Assembly: GCF_009914755.1 (NCBI RefSeq) | Contig: NC_060947.1 | From: the human T2T-CHM13v2.0 reference genome, Homo sapiens | Direction: 5' to 3' (one strand) | Length of the DNA: 64,000 nt | Part shown: one piece after another, positions 58,191-64,000 of the stretch | Layout of the letters: each line of letters starts with the position of its first letter | Numbering within the stretch: position 1 is the first letter of the stretch | Position numbers and translations under genes: made by a program | Notes under the pieces: model-generated | What the model saw: the letters and a program-made list of their open reading frames with translations, nothing else | Database searches by the model: none | Told to the model about the DNA's origin: nothing

Positions 58191-59420
58191 ACATTTTTGC
58201 GAGCAGCAGGACATTTTAGATGATTTCTATTAATCACTCAGTGGTTTCTTCTGTGACAAGCACAGATAGAGCTAGTCCTGAGGGGAATACAGAACTGGCT
58301 CAGAGATGGTCTAAAGAAGCCTCCTAAGAGATGTTCTCGTTCACATTCCTTAAGTAGATCATGATGAAATGATGGTGGTGACACATATTTATTCCCAAAG
58401 TTAAATGATAAAAGAACTCGAAGTTCAGGGCAATAATACAAAAATTGTCTCAAGGCCAGGTATGAGCAATTGCCAGGTGAACAAGATAGATACCATCTGT
58501 TGGGATTTATTGGAAGGAGACATTCTGGTGGTCTGAGATGATTGGCAAAGGCTTCCAGGAAGAAGAGGAGTTTGAGCTGGATAGGTTTTAGATAGGAGGA
58601 TAAGTGTGAAGGGGGCTGAAAGGGACACACTTCAAGGGTAGCAAGTCCTGGCTTTATTTTGGGGGGACTCCACCTCAATAAGCTCCTTTTGTCATAAAAG
58701 CCCTCAGTCTTTTTTCAAGAGGAAACTTGCTTTAGAGGAAGATGCTAATCAATCTGTTTGGTAATGTAAATTGGGTTTGAACAAACTATTCTCCTGTAGA
58801 ATTAGAGAATTTTCCTTTTTCTAAAGATGGCTTAAGCTTGGGTTTGTTTTGGGGAGATGGGTGTGCCTTTTTGCCCAGCAATTTTCTTCCAATAGACATA
58901 AATTCAATGGATCTGTGGCAAGAGAGGTGTGCCTTAAGTTGCAGGAAAGGCTGTGATAAGGAACTGAGCTGCACCTGGCTTAGTGCTGGCTAGATAGACG
59001 AAAGGTGGCCTCACCTTGTATCATTTGAGATTAAATAAGTCAGCCTTTGGGAAATGAACTGTGCACTCTGGTGATTATGTGTCTGGGTCATGGTATCTGG
59101 AGATTAGGAATGGGATTTCCCCCAGAAGGAAATGGAGAATTTCAGCGTCGATCTCTCTCAAGTGGGAAAGCAGGCCAACTAACTTTAGATGGGCAGGAAG
59201 GGAGGAGTTTCTCTCTCTTTTTTTTTTTTTTTCTGGAGCCAAGGGAAGCTGGACATGGAATTGCAGGCATGGGAATTCCTGAATATTACTGTTAGTGTGA
59301 ATTTTGAGCTGACACCTGTTATGAGAATACTGCCAGGTGGTGGGCTAGAAATTGAACATAGATTGTAAAGTAGAAGGGTAGTTTTAATATGATCCAGTAG
59401 CCTTCAGAAATGAAGACTAA

Positions 59421-59707
59421 GCTGGGCATGGTGGCTAATACCTGAATCCCAGCACTTCTGGAGGCCGAGACAGGCAGATTGCTTGAGCCCAGGAGTTCAA
59501 GACTACCCTGGGCAACGTGGCAAAACCCCATCTCTACAAAAGAATACTAAAATTAGCTGGGCATAGTGGTGTATGCCTATCGTCTTAGCTACTCAGGGGC
59601 TGAGATGGGAGGATCGCTTGAGCCCAGGAGGTTGAGGCTACAGTGAGCTGAGATCACGCCACTGCACTCCAGCCTGGGTGACAGAGACCCTGTCTAAAAA
59701 AAAAAAA
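59421..59707 (+). mobile_element. Alu (AluJ-like)
   Basis: Alu consensus match. Confidence 0.93.
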
Positions 59708-59709
59708 GG

Positions 59710-59965
59710 GATGGACAGTCGTGGGGATATGACTTAATGGTAGTAACCTGGGAGAACTTGTGAAGGCCTGTCTGTTCAGATTCTTCTTGGCTTCCCTGTG
59801 TAACATTCCTTTTCTCCTGTTTCTGGCAGGACACCTGTCACATAAGGGTCTTCAAAAGATAAGGTGAGAGAGAACTTTCTGCTTCTGTGGTTTTCTCAAT
59901 TTCCTTTAGCTTACAATACTCAGTATGTCAAGTTGCCATATTTTGGGGTGTCACATTGTGAGACT
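59710..59965 (-). mobile_element. ERV1 LTR remnant (MER31-like), probably continuing left of the Alu
   Basis: gcttctgtggttttctcaatttcctttagcttacaatactcagtatgtcaagttgccatattttgggg. Confidence 0.5.
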
Positions 59966-60390
59966 TTGCATTTATTCCCAGAGATTCTGATTAAGTAGGT
60001 CGATTGTGGGTCCTGGAATCTATTTTTAGCATACTCAGGTAGTTCTGAGATACAGTCAGATCTGGGGTACACTTTTCTAGGCTGAAAATATTACCACCTT
60101 CCCTTACTAGGTTTTTAAAAAGTGAAATGTTAAAATACTTTTAACTTGGTGGAGAGAAGTTGTGAAAATTATATGTTGAGTAAAGAGAGACTTCCATGTT
60201 AGACTAGATCATGTTGATGTTTTACAACAAGCATATGCTCAAGGTGTATTGAAAAAAAAACAAAGAACAAAAAAAACAAGATGAAATAGTATAAAGTAGA
60301 GGTGGAGAAATCTGTCCTGGTCACAGTGCTGCCATCACCAACTGAGAGGTAGATGGGAAGGGGTCAAGGCTTAAGCAGCACAATCTGTCA

Positions 60391-60907
<517 letters not shown>

Positions 60908-63213
60908 TTATTTATGGTATTTTCCTTGAGTGAGACCCCTGTGACAGACCATATCCTAGAAATTCCAAAAATGTTTATATGAAAGTAGCGTTTGAGAAAA
61001 TTTGACACCTACTACCTTTTAGAAACTTCTAATGTTATGTCCATTACCGAAGTGTCATGCATTTCAGCTCAATCAGCTTTTTTTCTTACATGTCACATCT
61101 TATCAATGACTAGTATAGGGGCCAAGATGTCACAGGAAGTTGTTAACCTAATTTGTATGGTCTGAAAATACTTCTTTTAATAAGACTATTGAAGAATATT
61201 CAGAGTTACTTTTTGCCTTCTATAAGGATAGAGTATTTCCATATTCTTTCAGGTATTTTGAAAGAAACCCCAGATAGATTTCCTACCATTTGAATCTCTA
61301 TTGTGAGCCTTTCACACCAACAGGTTTACTTGACCTTGGGTCTAGTGGATTGAAGCCCCAAGTGTGAACACTTTTCTTTCCCAGGAGCTGTTAACTTCAA
61401 AGCCTCTGAGAACCATTTGAATGGTAATATTGTTCAGCACCAGACCTAAGAAACAAACACTCATAAAGTGTCTTCTGACTATCTTTCCTCCACACTTTTG
61501 CTTTAGGTGCATTTGTTCATTCATTCCTAGCTGCATTTCCCTGTGCCGCTCCTTACAGGGAAAGCATTTCTTTGATTGTTTTACATCCCCAGTTCTCCTC
61601 TTGTGAGAATTGTATAAGGAAACTCTCTCTTTGGCTTAGTAGATGGGCACAAAGCAACTTTGTTTGAGGTGTGACTTGAACTTTCCTGAAATTTGATATC
61701 AACTCCTACTTGGATTTGAACTTTGAAGACCCAAAGATAGGAAGTTTCCGTATAAGGATCAAAACATGTCAGAGCAAGACCCAGTGATTTGGGCTGGCAA
61801 CCTTGGCGGTAGGATTACTTTGCTCAACAGCTCAGGATGGTGTACCCTGTTCCCTGAAAACCACTTCACAAATGTCTGTGTTGTCCCAAGGGTGACTGGA
61901 GAGAGCGTGAGGATAAATCAGTGCAACTTATCTCCACCACTGGAAAAGCAAATCAAAGCATGTCCTAGTGAATATCATCCTTCATTCAACAGCTAATGTC
62001 TGTGAGAGACTGTTAGGTTCACAGCAGTGTGGCAGGCACAAAGAAATATAATTGTAGTGGTGTCTGCAGGAGGCTGGTGCCTAGTGAACACGGTGGTACA
62101 CAGTGGAAGCAGCCATGGTGCCCAGTGGGGGACATTGGTGCCTGGCAGGGGACAAGACCAGGAAATGAAGAAAGAAATGGTGTATGCCACATGGTAGCAG
62201 AGCTGGACAGCTGACAGGGGCTTATTCATGACCACTAGTGAGATGCTGCTTGGAGACTTCCAGCAAAACTTGAGAGGTACTTTGCAGGAGGGCAGCGTTT
62301 CACAGGAGAAGATGAAGAGATGAAGACAAAAGTCATGGAGGTATAGATTCTGTGACCCTGTTGTACCCATAGGCTGAAAAAACCTGAGGAAATTAAGGTT
62401 ACAGAATCAATTGCTGTAAGAGACACGACTCCCACCCTTGGGGGCTTTCATACACATCTTAGGGACTTGCTCACATGGCAATAACAGAAGGATTATAAAA
62501 AGTATAAATGAGGAGTTGGAGGAGTTTCATGAGGAAGGCATTGCTGGAAGAATAAGTGGGTCCTCATAGGGGTGCAGGTGGGTATTCAGGAATGAGTAGT
62601 GGTCTCAGAGCTGGAAAGGCAGAAAGGGCCTTCCAAGTGGGGATCCTCATGACCAGAGAAGGTCAGCCTCTCACCATGTGGGGTCCTGGAACTGCAGACT
62701 GGGCTAGGCTGTCGGAGGGGTGTCTGACTGCCCAACTTTCCTCTGAAGGAGCTGAGATGTGTGTCACAGAACAGAAACCCCTGAAGACTTTCTGTGACAA
62801 AACTACTGGGGATTAAGAGGACCCTCCTGGTATCCTGTCTAGGACAGAGGGAGAGTTTGTGGGCTGGGAAGAGAAACTGCAGGCAGGGAGATCCACTAAA
62901 AGGCAACTGCAAAAACTGACAGGTGCAGGGTGAGGAGTGATAAAGGTCTGGACTGCCAGATACAGAAAGTGGAAATAAAAAGAAAGGAAGAGAAAACCAA
63001 GAGAGGTGGGGAGACAGAAATGACAGGACAGGCTGACAGATTGGGACTGGCTCCCAACTGGCTACCAAGAAAGAGGTCAGTCAGACAGAATGAAGAGTTT
63101 GAGCTTAACCAACTGGAAGACAGACTGATGGAAATACAGAGGAGTCCTTGGCATTGGAATTACATTTTTTAGTAAGACTGACAACACACTTTGTTTGTCA
63201 AAACCTCTAAATA

Positions 63214-63502
63214 GCCAGGTGTGGTGGTGCATGCCTATAGCCCTCTGAGGCTGAAGCAGGATGATTGCTTGAGCCAGGAATTCTGGGCTGTAGTGTGGCA
63301 TGCCAATGGGGAGTCTGCACTAAGTTCAGCATCAGTATGGTGGCCTCTTGGGAGCGGGGGACCACAAGGTTGCCTAAAAAAAACGTGAAAGACCCAGGTC
63401 AGAAATGGAGCCAGTCAAAACTCCCATGCTGATCAATGATGGGATCACAACTGTGAATGCCACTGTCTTCCAACCCGGGCAACATAGTGAGACCCCCACC
63501 TC
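63214..63502 (+). pseudogene. 7SL (SRP RNA, RN7SL) retropseudogene
   Basis: Alu-domain ends plus 7SL-specific S domain (gcactaagttcagcatcagtatggtg, gggagcgggggaccac, gtcaaaactccc); A-rich tail 63503-63560; TSD aaaacctctaaatag / aaaactactaaatag. Confidence 0.93.
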
Positions 63503-63659
63503 AAAAGAAAAAAAAGAAAGAGAGAGAGAAAAAAAAGGAAAGAAGGAAAGAAAGAAAAAGAAAACTACTAAATAGAGTTCAGTCTTCCCTTCTACCTTTC
63601 TTTTTTCTCCTCTTCCCCCGCAACACTACAAATCTGGTCCTTGTTAAATTTCCACAATT

Positions 63660-64000
63660 TATAAACACATGTTGGTATTTTAGTTTTTACCACAAATGAG
63701 AGCATGATATACATACCGTCTTGCAACTTACTTTGATTAACAATATATCATGGATATCTTTCAGTGTCATTTCATATGGATCTTCCTCAGTTTTTTAAAA
63801 CAGCTATGTAGCAGCCCATTGTATGGCTGTACCATCCTTTATTTTACCAGTGCTCCATCGGTACACATTTATGTTGTTTCCAAATGTATCTTTTTATAAC
63901 CAATGATTCCATTAACACCATATTCATACACTTGGGCAACTATTATAGGATAAATTCTTAGAAAAGCAATTGCTGGGTCAAAAGACATGCACAATTTAAT
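63660..64000 (-). mobile_element. Old L1M 3' region fragment
   Basis: ccattgtatggctgtacca..taggataaattcttagaaaagcaattgctgggtcaaa. Confidence 0.7.

Noticed and set aside
61990-63130. Purine-rich unique-looking stretch as a processed pseudogene
   Set aside because: No recognisable peptide, poly(A) or TSD; needs BLAST/Dfam

Overview
Primate (very likely human) genomic DNA containing the complete ZIC3 gene (X-linked Zic-family C2H2 zinc-finger transcription factor; left-right patterning/heterotaxy) on the + strand. Coding exons are 34640-35699, 36858-37021 and 37847-38026 (467 aa). A distal alternative last exon at 45076-45225 gives the 457-aa ZIC3-B form. The gene lies in a CpG island within a ~19 kb Alu/L1-free zone, with further CpG-rich blocks at ~13.6-19.1 kb, ~31.4-32.0 kb and ~41.6-43.1 kb. 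The flanks hold ~30 Alus, old L1M pieces, an isolated L1PA fragment, MER5/MER53/MER58, a hAT transposase fossil, LTR remnants and a 7SL retrocopy. Almost all other ORFs in the track are repeat- or GC-content artefacts. I found no evidence of a wholly new biological system. The best leads concern ZIC3 RNA processing (latent exon at ~40.3 kb, donor hidden in the NEWYV codons, acceptor in the 5' UTR, complementary tracts flanking exon 2) and a TATA/ZIC/PBX motif cluster ~16 kb upstream. Repeat subfamily names and boundaries were assigned by eye and are approximate.
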